Source: Campylobacterales bacterium (GTDB lineage: Bacteria > Campylobacterota > Campylobacteria > Campylobacterales > QNZT01). From it: a stretch of DNA of 57,802 nt. The notes beneath the pieces were generated by a model, which did not search any database, had not been told where the DNA came from, and was given only the letters and a program-made list of their open reading frames with translations. Each line of letters opens with the position of its first letter. The first letter of the stretch is position 1. Position numbers and translations under genes: made by a program. Location: contig JAMONX010000003.1 in NCBI GenBank assembly GCA_027066435.1, forward strand, positions 1-57,802, in the 5' to 3' direction. Below are positions 11,362 through 21,547 of the stretch, piece after piece.

Positions 11362-12368
11362 TGGGTATACACCCTCCATATTTTAAGATTGTAGTTGCTT
11401 TTTTAATTGTATCTGCAATCTTTATAGGATTATATTTTAATAATTTTGTGGCACATATTTCTCAAAAAGAGATTAATAAGTCAATAGAACATAAAAACAA
11501 ACAAGAAGTAAAAAAAGCATCTATTGTTTCATATGAAGAAAACAAATCTTTAGATGCAAAATACAAAAGTGTAACTTTACAAATTGAAGAGTTTATAAGA
11601 AAGCAAAAAGCAAAAGATTTAAATAAGACTATAGCTATAATTGAAGAGCTAAATCTTTCTAAGATAGAACATCAAAGTAAGATAACCCCTACAAAAAAGA
11701 TCGAAATAAATGAACTCAAAAAGAGACTTCCAAAACTTGCAATAATTATGGATGATATAGGTTATCTTGAGCAGATTGAAAGTATAAAAAAGATTCCTTT
11801 TCCTATAACACCGTCCATTTTTCCTCCAAATGGTCATTATCCAGATACCAAAGAGATTGCTAAAAACTTTAAATATTATATGGTCCATTTGCCAATGGAA
11901 GCTTATGATTATTTAAATGTTAGAGAAAAAGCTATAAAAGTTATAGATACAAAAGAGATAATTGAGCAAAAAATCAAATTAGTAAAGCAAGATTTTCCAA
12001 ATGTGATTGCTATAAATAACCATACTGGTAGTAAATTTACTTGTGATTTAGATGCAATGAATCGTTTTTTTATTGTTTTGAATAGATATAATATAGCGTT
12101 TATAGATAGTCGTACAGATGCTAAATCTAAGTGTTTAGAAGCGGCTAAAATGAATAATAGAGAAGTTATGCAAAGAGATATATTTTTAGATAATATTCCA
12201 GATGAAGAATATATCAAAGAGCAGTTGAAAAAAGCTGTTAGGATTGCCAAAAGAGATGGTCAAGCCATAGCCATTTGTCATCCAAAAGAACTAACTTTTC
12301 AAGTTCTTATGAATGCCAAAAATATTCTTAATGAAGTAGAATTAGTTTTTATAAATGAGCTTATGTGA
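11358..12368 (+). CDS. Divergent polysaccharide deacetylase family protein
   Basis: LAIIMDDIG, HLPME, NNHTGS, FIDSRT, RDIFLDN, AIAICHP. Confidence 0.88.
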   Translation: MMGIHPPYFKIVVAFLIVSAIFIGLYFNNFVAHISQKEINKSIEHKNKQEVKKASIVSYEENKSLDAKYKSVTLQIEEFIRKQKAKDLNKTIAIIEELNLSKIEHQSKITPTKKIEINELKKRLPKLAIIMDDIGYLEQIESIKKIPFPITPSIFPPNGHYPDTKEIAKNFKYYMVHLPMEAYDYLNVREKAIKVIDTKEIIEQKIKLVKQDFPNVIAINNHTGSKFTCDLDAMNRFFIVLNRYNIAFIDSRTDAKSKCLEAAKMNNREVMQRDIFLDNIPDEEYIKEQLKKAVRIAKRDGQAIAICHPKELTFQVLMNAKNILNEVELVFINELM

Positions 12369-13117
12369 TAGAAAAAATTGAGCAATTTAGCTCCCTTAAA
12401 AAACCACCTAAAATACTTTATTCTATCGGTGATAAATCATTACTTGATACTAAAATGGTCTCTATTGTAGGTACTAGAAAGCCTATCTCTTATACCAAAG
12501 AGTCAACATTAAAACTTTCAAAAGCATTCTCTAGTATTGGATATACAGTTGTAAGTGGTGCTGCTATGGGTGTAGACGCTTTAGCACACATTGGTTCACT
12601 TCCTCGTACAATTGCTGTTATGGCAAATTCACTTGATATTTATTATCCTAAAGTAAATCAGAAGCTTATAGAAAAGATTTATAAAGAGGGTTTGGCTATA
12701 AGTGAATATCCAGAATGTACTAAGGCAACTAGATATAGTTTTGTGATTAGAAATCGTATAGTTGTTGCACTTGGAGAAGTACTTATAATTGCTGAAGCAG
12801 ATGAAAATAGTGGAACTATGAGAAGTGCAGAAATTGCGAAAGAGATGGGTAAGAAGATTTTTGTTTTACCTCACCGTTTAGGACAGAGTAAAGGAACTCA
12901 AAAGTTATTGGAAGATGGAGATGCCAAGCTTATAACTGATATCGATAAATTTGTTTCAAGATTTGGAAAAATTGAAGATACTTTGGATGATGAATTTTTA
13001 TTTTTTAAGAATATTCCAACATTAGAAGAGGCACTTGTAAAATTTGGAGATAAATTGTATGAGTATGAGCTTGAAGGAAAAATTGAAATTAGAGATTTGA
13101 AAGTTTATCTTTGTTAA
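12365..13117 (+). CDS. dprA: DNA-processing protein DprA
   Basis: SIVGTR, VSGAAMGVD, RNRIVVAL, SGT motifs. Confidence 0.93.
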   Translation: MIEKIEQFSSLKKPPKILYSIGDKSLLDTKMVSIVGTRKPISYTKESTLKLSKAFSSIGYTVVSGAAMGVDALAHIGSLPRTIAVMANSLDIYYPKVNQKLIEKIYKEGLAISEYPECTKATRYSFVIRNRIVVALGEVLIIAEADENSGTMRSAEIAKEMGKKIFVLPHRLGQSKGTQKLLEDGDAKLITDIDKFVSRFGKIEDTLDDEFLFFKNIPTLEEALVKFGDKLYEYELEGKIEIRDLKVYLC

Positions 13118-13506
13118 AAATTGCATCTATTGATATTGGACTTAAAAGAGTAGGGTGTGCTATTTGTATTGATGAAAATATAGTTTTTCCCAAAGATGCG
13201 ATAATTCGTAAAAATAGAAATCAAGCTGCAAGAGAAGTTGATAATTTTTTAAAAGATAGAGAGATTGATACTTTGATAGTTGGCATCCCAAAAGGTGGAC
13301 AAAGTAGTGATGAGATGCAAAGAAGAATTGAGCATTTTGTTTCACTTTTGAAGTATGATAAAGATATCTTTTTTCAAGATGAATATGGAAGTTCGCAAGA
13401 GGCTAAAGAGCAGATGAAAGGTATCACTAAACAGAAAAAAGATGGTAAAATTGACTCTATGGCCGCTAAAATTATTTTAGAACGATGGCTAGATTCTCTT
13501 CGTTAA
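13111..13506 (+). CDS. ruvX: RuvX/YqgF pre-16S rRNA nuclease / Holliday-junction resolvase-like
   Basis: SIDIGLKRVG, VGIP, QDEYGSS, DSMAAKIIL. Confidence 0.9.
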   Translation: MLKIASIDIGLKRVGCAICIDENIVFPKDAIIRKNRNQAAREVDNFLKDREIDTLIVGIPKGGQSSDEMQRRIEHFVSLLKYDKDIFFQDEYGSSQEAKEQMKGITKQKKDGKIDSMAAKIILERWLDSLR

Positions 13507-13810
13507 ACCCTACAATAACTTCATTGTTATGCTCTATTATTGGTCTTTTTATTAACATGTTTTCTTTTGCAAGCCATTTTGCTTTTTGTTCGTCATCTAA
13601 ATTAAGCTCTTTTAATTTTAATGTTCTATAAGTTGTTCCTCTTGTGTTAAAAAGTTTGTCGATACCGTTTTTTTTTAGCCAAAAGTTTATCTTTTTTTCA
13701 TCAACTGGTGTCTGTTTAAAATCAACAAAATTGTAATCTAAATCTTTGCTTTTTATATATTTTATAGTTTTTCTTACACTATCACAATTTTTTATTCCGT
13801 ATATTGTCAC
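13472..13810 (-). CDS. ArsC/Spx (YffB-like) family protein
   Basis: IYGIKNCDSVRK, LFNTRGTTYR, LIKRPII, VGF. Confidence 0.88.
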   Translation of the reverse strand: MTIYGIKNCDSVRKTIKYIKSKDLDYNFVDFKQTPVDEKKINFWLKKNGIDKLFNTRGTTYRTLKLKELNLDDEQKAKWLAKENMLIKRPIIEHNNEVIVGFNEENLAIVLK

Positions 13811-13820
13811 TGTTATTCCT

Positions 13821-14852
13821 TTATAGTATTAACATCGCATCACCGTATGAGTAGAAGCGATATTTTTTCTTTATAGCTTCACGATAGAGAAAAAGTGCTT
13901 CTTCAACTCCTACAAAACTAGCAACTAACATCAAAAGTGTAGATTTTGGGAGATGAAAATTTGTCAATAGATGATTTACTCTTTGGGGTAGATTTTTTGG
14001 ATGTAAAAAGAGATTTGATTTGCCAGATATTTTTTTTATTCTTTGATAATATTCAATAGTTCTAGTTACTGTTGTTCCAACTGCTAATATACTCTTATTA
14101 GAATCCAAAATCTTTTGCGTATCTTTGGGAATATTGTAAAACTCTTTGTGCATGATGTGGTTATTGATATTTTGATGCTCTACTGGCTTAAAAGTTCCAG
14201 CTCCCACATGAAGGGTTATAAAAGCACTATCATATTGTTCTTGCATCTTAGTTAAAAGTTCTGGTGTAAAGTGAAGAGATGCAGTTGGTGCTGCAACTGC
14301 ACCGATATTTTTTGCAAAAAGTGTTTGGTAGTTTTTTATATCCTCTTTGTTATCTTCTCTTTTTATATATGGTGGGAGAGGGATATGTCCTATGAGTTCT
14401 AAAATATCATTTAACTGTTCAAAATCTATTTCGCTATCTTTTTGATAAAACTTTACTACTCTTGTTCCATCTTCATTTATTTTTAAAATGCTAGCTGTGA
14501 GTTCTTGAGTAAATATAAGTTTAGTATCTTTCTTTACCTTACCTTTTATATAAACTAAAAAATTGTTATCTTTAAGTGGACTGTTTATAAGTAATTCTAT
14601 CTTTGCTCCACTCTCTTTATGTCCAAAGAGTCTTGCTTTTATCACTTTTGTGTCATTCAAAATTATAGAGCTATTCTTTGGAATGTGAGTTAAAATATCT
14701 CTAAATATAGTATGAGTTAGTGATTTGTCTTCACGATTATAGACTAAAAGTTTTGCACTATCTTTTGGGTTTGCAGGAGATGAAGCTATAAGCTCCTGTG
14801 GCAATTCATAATCATATGAATCTACCAAAAGAGGGTTTAAATTACTTCTCAT
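13821..14852 (-). CDS. queA: tRNA preQ1 S-adenosylmethionine ribosyltransferase-isomerase
   Basis: YDYELP, NDTKVIKARL, LPPYI, AAPTASLHF, TNFHLPKSTL, YSYGDAML; ATG at 14852 overlaps the tatC end. Confidence 0.96.
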   Translation of the reverse strand: MRSNLNPLLVDSYDYELPQELIASSPANPKDSAKLLVYNREDKSLTHTIFRDILTHIPKNSSIILNDTKVIKARLFGHKESGAKIELLINSPLKDNNFLVYIKGKVKKDTKLIFTQELTASILKINEDGTRVVKFYQKDSEIDFEQLNDILELIGHIPLPPYIKREDNKEDIKNYQTLFAKNIGAVAAPTASLHFTPELLTKMQEQYDSAFITLHVGAGTFKPVEHQNINNHIMHKEFYNIPKDTQKILDSNKSILAVGTTVTRTIEYYQRIKKISGKSNLFLHPKNLPQRVNHLLTNFHLPKSTLLMLVASFVGVEEALFLYREAIKKKYRFYSYGDAMLIL

Positions 14853-15573
14853 TTGTAGTTTCGACAACCTCTGGATTAACCTTTTTTGCAATCAGTATAG
14901 AAGCACCATAGAGTAGTATCATAGGACCTGCCATCAAAAACTGTGTTATTAAGTCAGGAGGTGTTAAAAGAGCTGAAAGTAAAAAGATAACAACAATCGC
15001 ATATCTAAAAAAATCAATCATTGTTCTATCTGTTACCAGCCCCATAGAAGCTAGAAAAAATGTAATTACAGGAAGCTCAAATGCTAACCCAAAACCAAGT
15101 AAAAGTTTTGTAAAAAAACCAACATAATCCCCAATACTTGGAAGTGCGGTAAAGAGTTGTGCTCCAAAATTTATAAGAAATTCATATCCAAAAGGAATTA
15201 CAACATAATAACAAAATGCAGAACCCATTAAAAACATAGTAGTTGCACCCACAACAAAAGGTACTACCATCTTTTTCTCATTTTCGTAAAGTCCAGGTGC
15301 TACAAAAAGCCATAATTGCCAAAAAATGATAGGAAGAGCGGCTATAAAACCTGAGAAGAATGCTACCTTTATCGCAGTAAAAAATGGTTCTTGAACTTTT
15401 GTAAATATAACACTGCTTCCTTCTGGCAGTACTTCAATTAGCGGAGCTATCATCCAGTTAAGTATAGGATTCCAAAAGGCAAACATTATAAAGAAAAGAA
15501 CTATGATAGAGCCTACAGATATTGCCAATCTTTTTCTAAGCTCCGCAAGGTGCGGTTTTAACTCCTCAAACAT
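14842..15573 (-). CDS. tatC: Twin-arginine translocase subunit TatC
   Basis: HLAELRKRL, FVAPGLYENE, FELP, LTPPD. Confidence 0.96.
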   Translation of the reverse strand: MFEELKPHLAELRKRLAISVGSIIVLFFIMFAFWNPILNWMIAPLIEVLPEGSSVIFTKVQEPFFTAIKVAFFSGFIAALPIIFWQLWLFVAPGLYENEKKMVVPFVVGATTMFLMGSAFCYYVVIPFGYEFLINFGAQLFTALPSIGDYVGFFTKLLLGFGLAFELPVITFFLASMGLVTDRTMIDFFRYAIVVIFLLSALLTPPDLITQFLMAGPMILLYGASILIAKKVNPEVVETTNEK

Positions 15574-15895
15574 CTTTTTTGTCCTTCTTATCTAGTTTTG
15601 TGACGGACTCTTTTATGTCGCTTATGCCCTCATTTAGGTCATCTATTATATTGACATCTTTTTTTACATCATTGACTGATTTTTCTAGTTCTTCTTTGTA
15701 CTTTATCGCACCATCTTTAAGTTCAGCTAGATGCATCTGGTGTTCGATTGTATCTTTTGCTTCATTGATACTGCTTTTAAAGCTTTTGAAAAATTTGGCA
15801 ATTTTCATCATAGCTTCAGGTAATTTTTCAGGTCCTAAAAATAGTACAGCGATAATTGCTATAACCAATATTTCTGCGAAACTCATTCCAAACAT
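15566..15895 (-). CDS. tatB: Twin-arginine translocase subunit TatB
   Basis: MFGMSFAEILVIAIIAVLFLGPEKLP; lies upstream of tatC. Confidence 0.93.
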   Translation of the reverse strand: MFGMSFAEILVIAIIAVLFLGPEKLPEAMMKIAKFFKSFKSSINEAKDTIEHQMHLAELKDGAIKYKEELEKSVNDVKKDVNIIDDLNEGISDIKESVTKLDKKDKKDV

Positions 15896-16113
15896 ATAGG
15901 TATGTCCTTACAATATTTTGAATAATTGTATCGAAATTTGTTTATTAAAACAGGAGAATTTAGTGAAACTAGTAAAAGAATTTTTAAAAACTGTCGATAT
16001 ACTTTATAATTTGATATGAAAATAAGTAGAATTTTTAATGATTTTGATATAATGTTTTCTAATAATTTGAGTTATAGTCACTCAAAAAATCAATTAATTA
16101 CAAGGGTAGGAAT

Positions 16114-17118
16114 ATGAAATTTGTTGGACTATTATTGACACTAGTTTTAACAGTATCAATAAGTGCAAAAGAGAGTACAAAATTAGTATGGCCTTCTCCT
16201 CCAGACCCCGCTAGAATAGAACTCCAAGGGGTTGTTACAAAGCCTGAAGATTTACAGATAGAGAAAGGACTCTTTACAAAGGTATGGGAATTTTTTGTAG
16301 GGTCTTCAAAAGAGAGTTTGGTTAAGCCATTTGGTCTTCATGTTGATGAGAATAGAAGAGTTTATATCACCGATGTAGGTTTAAGAGCAGTTATTATTTT
16401 AGATCCAACCAGAAATAAAAAATTGATTATAGATGGTTCAAAAGAGTATAAGCTTTTATCTCCTATGGATGTAGATACGGATGCTAGTGGAAATATATTT
16501 ATAGCAGATTCAGAGCAGGGGTTTATACATGTCTATGATAAAAATGGAAAATTTTTAAAAATTATAGGGAAAAAACGACTTCATAGACCAGTTGGTATTG
16601 CAGTTGATTCGAAATCAAATCTAATTTATGTGGTAGATACTTTAAAGAGTAAAATTCAAGTTTATTCAGTAGATGGAAAATATGTAAAAACACTTGGAAA
16701 AGTGGGAGCAGGTGATGGAGAGTTTAATAAGCCTACATATATCGCATTAGATGCGAATGATGGCTATCTTTATGTTAGTGATTCTATGAATCATAGAGTT
16801 CAGGTAATTGATAAAAATGGAAAATTTATTAATAAATTTGGACAATTAGGTAATACAATGGGCTCTTTTGCAAATCCTAGAGGTATAACCATAGATAAAG
16901 AAGGTCATATTTTTGTAACAGATACTACTTTTCATGCTGTACAAATATTTAATAAAAAGGGTCAGCTTCTTTTGGCATTTGGAAGTTATGGAGATCATAA
17001 AGGAGAATTTGCAATTCCTGAAGATATAGTTATTTCAAATGATGGAACTATATATGTTGCAGATTCATATAATATGAGGGTACAAGTTTTTAAATTATTA
17101 GAAGTTAAAACAAAATAG
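16114..17118 (+). CDS. Exported NHL-repeat (6-bladed beta-propeller) protein
   Basis: Signal peptide; WPSPPDPARI; repeated GEFxxPxGIxxD...IYVADSxNxRVQVF units. Confidence 0.9.
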   Translation: MKFVGLLLTLVLTVSISAKESTKLVWPSPPDPARIELQGVVTKPEDLQIEKGLFTKVWEFFVGSSKESLVKPFGLHVDENRRVYITDVGLRAVIILDPTRNKKLIIDGSKEYKLLSPMDVDTDASGNIFIADSEQGFIHVYDKNGKFLKIIGKKRLHRPVGIAVDSKSNLIYVVDTLKSKIQVYSVDGKYVKTLGKVGAGDGEFNKPTYIALDANDGYLYVSDSMNHRVQVIDKNGKFINKFGQLGNTMGSFANPRGITIDKEGHIFVTDTTFHAVQIFNKKGQLLLAFGSYGDHKGEFAIPEDIVISNDGTIYVADSYNMRVQVFKLLEVKTK

Positions 17119-17128
17119 GGGATAGTAG

Positions 17129-19216
17129 ATGAGAGAATTAAATAAAATTATTATATTGCTTTTATTGATACAAAGTGCAATTTTTGCGATAGTTGATAAT
17201 ACAAAGCATAATTTATCTGTAACGGGACCGGGCAGTGTTAAGTCACTTACTGAGACAGAGATTTGTGTGTTTTGTCATATTCCTCACTCTGCTCAATCTG
17301 GACGGCCTTTATGGAATAGAGCAATGCCAAGTGGTTCATATACTATGTATGAAAGTGATTATCTTGACAGATTAAATTATCCAAAACCAGCAGGACTAGG
17401 AGTTGCAAAAGGGACTCCTGGTTCTCTCTCTAGGCAGTGCTTAAGTTGTCATGATGGAACTATTGCAATAGGTTCTGTTTATATGGTTAGAGGAAATATT
17501 TTAGGAAATACACTTATAAATATGAGTGGTGTAAATGCAGGAGGAATGATGCCTGCTGGTAGTGCAGGTGACATAGGTACAGATTTATCAGTTCATCATC
17601 CTGTAGGATATGAATATAATCCAAATGTTACTGTAAATTTTGGTGAAGGAAATAGACCTAGTGAACTTAAACTTTCCCCAGATGCACCAATAAGACTTTA
17701 TCAATTAGGCTCTAAAAAATATGTAGAGTGTTCTACTTGCCATGACCCGCACAGTGAAAATAAAAAGTTTTTAAGAGTGAAATCTGGAGCAAATCATGGT
17801 CAAAATGTTCGTGATACCTGTTTAGCTTGTCATGATAAAAGTGGAGGTGTCCCATGGCCTACTACTCATGAAGTTATAGGTATGCCTTATAGAGATTCTG
17901 AAGTTTTTAGCAAATATGGCACATATAGTCCAAGTGATCTTTTTTGTGTTAATTGTCATACTCCTCACAATGGAGAAGGTAAACCATATCTTTTAAGAAA
18001 AATTGAACAGCAGACTTGTTTTCAAGGGGCCGCTTCGTCAGTTAGTTTATCATCTTGTCATGGATCAGGAGCTCCTACCTCTGCTCCAGATATTGAGTCA
18101 GTACTTTCAAGACCTTATGGACACCCAGTAATGGAGATAGATGGAGTACATACAAATCTTGATGTTTTATATGGAACAGGCGTAGCTAGAAATCCATCTG
18201 GAAGTAAAGGTTTAAGCTGGAGTGATTCAAAACATGCAGAGTGTATGGATTGCCATAATCCACATAAACTAGGGAGTAAAAATCATGTAGCTGATGGTCA
18301 ATGGTACCCTTCAATCCCTACAAATAATGTTTCCCAAGTTTTAAGAGGTGTTTCTGGGGTTGAACCAGATTGGACACCTAGAGGAATTCAGCCAACATCA
18401 TTTACTACACTTGAAACTGCAACTAAAGAGTACCAAATATGTTTAAAGTGCCACTCTTATTGGGCATTAGGTAGTGCTCCAGATGGCGTTTCCTCTCATT
18501 TTCTATCCGAATATGGTATAAATGCAACTGATCAAGCTTGGGAGTTTAATCCAAATAATCGTTCAGCTCATCCTGTTGTAATGCCGTTAAATCAAATGAC
18601 TGGAAATTATGCACCAAAAGCACTCCACTCTTCTCAGATGAAGCCACCGTGGAATACAAATGTAGGAAATCAGACAATGTACTGTTCTGATTGTCATGGT
18701 TCTGATAATGAGATAGGAGGGGATGCAAGAGGCCCTCATGGTTCAAACTATAAGTTTATGTTAAAGGGTGAAAATAATCATTGGCCATTAAAGCCTGATG
18801 GGTCGTATTATACAGTATGGGGTGATGTAGATTGGAGTACAAACAATGTAAATGATGGACTTTTTTGTAGAAATTGTCATAATATATATGTAAATGAACC
18901 AGGTGGTGCTGGCTCTCATAAAATGTTTTTTGGTGGTATGGGTGGACCTTGTGTAAATTGTCATATAGCAGTTCCTCACGGGTCTCCTGTTTCAAATTTA
19001 TTGGGTTATAGAAGTTTTCCTGAACCTTACAATTATAAAGATGAACAAACTGGTGAATTGATGTTAAAAATTGATGGATATAAAAAGATTGGGGCAAATT
19101 ACTCTACGGTAGATGTTAAAAAAGTTTATTCTACTCATCCTAGTTGTAGTGGTGGTAGTACTCACGCAGCTCATTGTCATGTGACGAATACAGGTGGCTA
19201 TGATAGTTATCCATAA
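17129..19216 (+). CDS. Large exported multiheme cytochrome c (10 CxxCH plus 2 atypical motifs) with OmcE-like N-terminal domain
   Basis: CVFCH, CLSCH, CSTCH, CLACH, CVNCH, CMDCH, CLKCH, CSDCH, CRNCH, CVNCH; also CX12CH and CX9CH; signal peptide. Confidence 0.9.
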   Translation: MRELNKIIILLLLIQSAIFAIVDNTKHNLSVTGPGSVKSLTETEICVFCHIPHSAQSGRPLWNRAMPSGSYTMYESDYLDRLNYPKPAGLGVAKGTPGSLSRQCLSCHDGTIAIGSVYMVRGNILGNTLINMSGVNAGGMMPAGSAGDIGTDLSVHHPVGYEYNPNVTVNFGEGNRPSELKLSPDAPIRLYQLGSKKYVECSTCHDPHSENKKFLRVKSGANHGQNVRDTCLACHDKSGGVPWPTTHEVIGMPYRDSEVFSKYGTYSPSDLFCVNCHTPHNGEGKPYLLRKIEQQTCFQGAASSVSLSSCHGSGAPTSAPDIESVLSRPYGHPVMEIDGVHTNLDVLYGTGVARNPSGSKGLSWSDSKHAECMDCHNPHKLGSKNHVADGQWYPSIPTNNVSQVLRGVSGVEPDWTPRGIQPTSFTTLETATKEYQICLKCHSYWALGSAPDGVSSHFLSEYGINATDQAWEFNPNNRSAHPVVMPLNQMTGNYAPKALHSSQMKPPWNTNVGNQTMYCSDCHGSDNEIGGDARGPHGSNYKFMLKGENNHWPLKPDGSYYTVWGDVDWSTNNVNDGLFCRNCHNIYVNEPGGAGSHKMFFGGMGGPCVNCHIAVPHGSPVSNLLGYRSFPEPYNYKDEQTGELMLKIDGYKKIGANYSTVDVKKVYSTHPSCSGGSTHAAHCHVTNTGGYDSYP

Positions 19217-19217
19217 A

Positions 19218-19667
19218 ATGAAATTTTTATTTGTAATTTTACTTGTGCCTTTTTTCTTAAATGCACAAGTTGATAATAGAGATATAAAAAAAGTCATCAT
19301 AAGTTATAATCAAGGTATTATAAAAGCAGCAAAGACAAGCAAAACAGAGCATATGAAAAGCTATGCAAAAGAAGATATAGTAAAAAAATTTCATCTTTGG
19401 ATAAAGTCTTGGCATGATAATAATCTCTTTATGGATGCAAAAATTAAAGATATAAATTTTCAAAAAGTTGAGATAAAAGATGGCAAAGCAAAAGTTACAA
19501 CAAATGAAGTTTGGATATATAGATATATTGATATCAAAACAAGAAAACAAGTTTTAGATGCGACTTTAATGACTTATAATATGAATTATATATTATCAAA
19601 AGAGAATGATAAGTGGATTATTGAAAAAATAGATGTAATATTTGAAAAGAAAGAGAAACTTAAGTGA
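19218..19667 (+). CDS. Exported hypothetical protein, possibly NTF2-like fold
   Basis: ATG at 19218 directly after the cytochrome stop; signal peptide; AKVTTNEVWIY...YILSKENDKWIIEKI pattern. Confidence 0.65.
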   Translation: MKFLFVILLVPFFLNAQVDNRDIKKVIISYNQGIIKAAKTSKTEHMKSYAKEDIVKKFHLWIKSWHDNNLFMDAKIKDINFQKVEIKDGKAKVTTNEVWIYRYIDIKTRKQVLDATLMTYNMNYILSKENDKWIIEKIDVIFEKKEKLK

Positions 19668-19713
19668 AGAATTTTTTTTTTAGTACGATATACAAATAAA
19701 CAGGGAAAATATA

Positions 19714-20439
19714 ATGAGGAATATTTTAAATAGAAAATATATTCTTACTATTTTATTAATGTTACCAATGGTTGCAAATAGCGGTTCTGTAGTTGGTTCA
19801 AAACATGATTTAAGTAATAGTAACTTTTATGGGGCTTTTGCTGGTTCAAGTACTCAAGTGTGTGTTTTTTGTCATACACCTCACTCCTCAAATAGTGGAC
19901 TAGCAGATGCGGGAGGTGCAAATGCTCCAATATGGAATAGAAGACTTACTAATTTAAGTGCATTTACACTATATGATTCAAGTGTAGGAACACCTAGTTC
20001 AATTTCTCTAGCTTGTCTTAGTTGTCATGATGGTGCAAGTGGTATGGGTAGAGTAAGTGCAGTAGGACCAGTAGATGCACATAATGTAATTAATGCATCT
20101 GGTACTGGTTTAGCAGGTGATAGTGGTAATGGTGGTGAGACTCCAAATTGTGCTGCTTGTCATCCATTTGCTCGACCAAGTGGTGGTACTACATATCCTA
20201 GTACTACCTGGCAAATAGGAGCTGATTTAACAGATGATCATCCAATCTCTATAAATTATGCTGCTTCCTTTGCCCATAATCCTGATGAATTTCTTTCTCA
20301 ACCAGCTAATGGGCTTAAGCTTTTTAATGGATTAATAGAGTGTGCAACTTGTCATAATGTACATGATAATGACAATGGACTCTTTTTAAGAACATCAAAT
20401 ATGGGAAGTGGGGTATGTAAATCTTGTCATATTAAGTGA
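19714..20439 (+). CDS. Pentaheme cytochrome c, OmcE-like
   Basis: CVFCH, CLSCH, CAACH, CATCH, CKSCH; motif order KHDLS / PIWNR / DLTDDHPI / FLRTS as recalled for Geobacter OmcE. Confidence 0.85.
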   Translation: MRNILNRKYILTILLMLPMVANSGSVVGSKHDLSNSNFYGAFAGSSTQVCVFCHTPHSSNSGLADAGGANAPIWNRRLTNLSAFTLYDSSVGTPSSISLACLSCHDGASGMGRVSAVGPVDAHNVINASGTGLAGDSGNGGETPNCAACHPFARPSGGTTYPSTTWQIGADLTDDHPISINYAASFAHNPDEFLSQPANGLKLFNGLIECATCHNVHDNDNGLFLRTSNMGSGVCKSCHIK

Positions 20440-21484
20440 TAAATAGAGCTATTTCATCAGATAGAAAATAGTTAGTATTAAAAAAGCGGTCATTTAATTG
20501 AGTTAATTTTTTTTCTTTCAATAGAGTTTCGACATTTTTGTATTCACAAGATGTGAGAATATCTTTTGAAAACCCAACTATACTTCTAAGTCCTAAAAGG
20601 ATTTGTTCACTTTTTATAGCTTCATTATTTAGCATCTCTTCATCAATTAAAAGAGGGTTCTTTATATATGATTCAATATTGTTATCTGTATAAAATCTTC
20701 TATTTTCTAAAAATCCAACTGCACCACTTCCTATGCCTATATAATTTTTATATTGCCAATAGCCAAGATTATGTTTTGATTTTTTTTTGCCAAAATTTGA
20801 AATTTCATATTGTGGGAATCCTTTTTTTTCTATTTCATTTATAAACCAGTAGGCTAAATCTTCATCATCATTTTGAACTTTTGGGGTATTTATAAAGGGA
20901 GTATTATCTTCAAGTGTTAGCGAATATGCACTTATATGATCAATCCTTAGTGAAATAGCTATTGTTAAATCTTTAAATAAAAGTTTTTTAGTATCTTGTG
21001 AAGTTCCATATATTAGATCAAGTGAAATATTTTTAAATCCTATCTTTTTTGCATTATTTATAGCTTCAATTGCCATCTTTTTTCCATGGTTTCTTCCAAG
21101 CATTTTAAGTTTATCTTCATCAAAGCTTTGTACTCCAAAACTGATACGATTGACTCCTAACTTTTGCATCCCTTGAAGCCAAATAGCAGTTGCACTATTT
21201 GGATTGGCTTCGGTTGTGATTTCTGCATTTTTTTTTAGATAAGGTTTAATGAGTGAAAAAAATGGTTCATAAAGTTTTGGTGTAATGGTAGAAGGAGTGC
21301 CACCTCCAATAAAAAAGCTTTCTATGCTATTTTCTAAGAGATTAAATCTTTTAATCTCATTTGAGAGTTGAGTTAAAATAGTTTTCATATATTGCTCTTT
21401 TAATTCAAATTTATCAACATATGAGTTAAAAGCACAATAGTGACACTTACTATCACAAAAAGGGATGTGTAGGTATAAAAGCAT
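20432..21484 (-). CDS. hemW: Radical SAM heme chaperone HemW
   Basis: LYLHIPFCDSKCHYCAF, GGGTPS, YEISNF, HNLGYW. Confidence 0.92.
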   Translation of the reverse strand: MLLYLHIPFCDSKCHYCAFNSYVDKFELKEQYMKTILTQLSNEIKRFNLLENSIESFFIGGGTPSTITPKLYEPFFSLIKPYLKKNAEITTEANPNSATAIWLQGMQKLGVNRISFGVQSFDEDKLKMLGRNHGKKMAIEAINNAKKIGFKNISLDLIYGTSQDTKKLLFKDLTIAISLRIDHISAYSLTLEDNTPFINTPKVQNDDEDLAYWFINEIEKKGFPQYEISNFGKKKSKHNLGYWQYKNYIGIGSGAVGFLENRRFYTDNNIESYIKNPLLIDEEMLNNEAIKSEQILLGLRSIVGFSKDILTSCEYKNVETLLKEKKLTQLNDRFFNTNYFLSDEIALFIT

Positions 21485-21547
21485 ATTTAGAGGTCACCTT
21501 AATCTTTTTTAGATATTATAGCAGGTTATAATAATTAAAGGAAAGAG

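Noticed and set aside
16066-16086. Inverted repeat TTTGAGT-7nt-ACTCAAA upstream of the cytochrome cluster
   Set aside because: Only 7-bp arms in AT-rich DNA and no second copy found, so it cannot be supported as an operator
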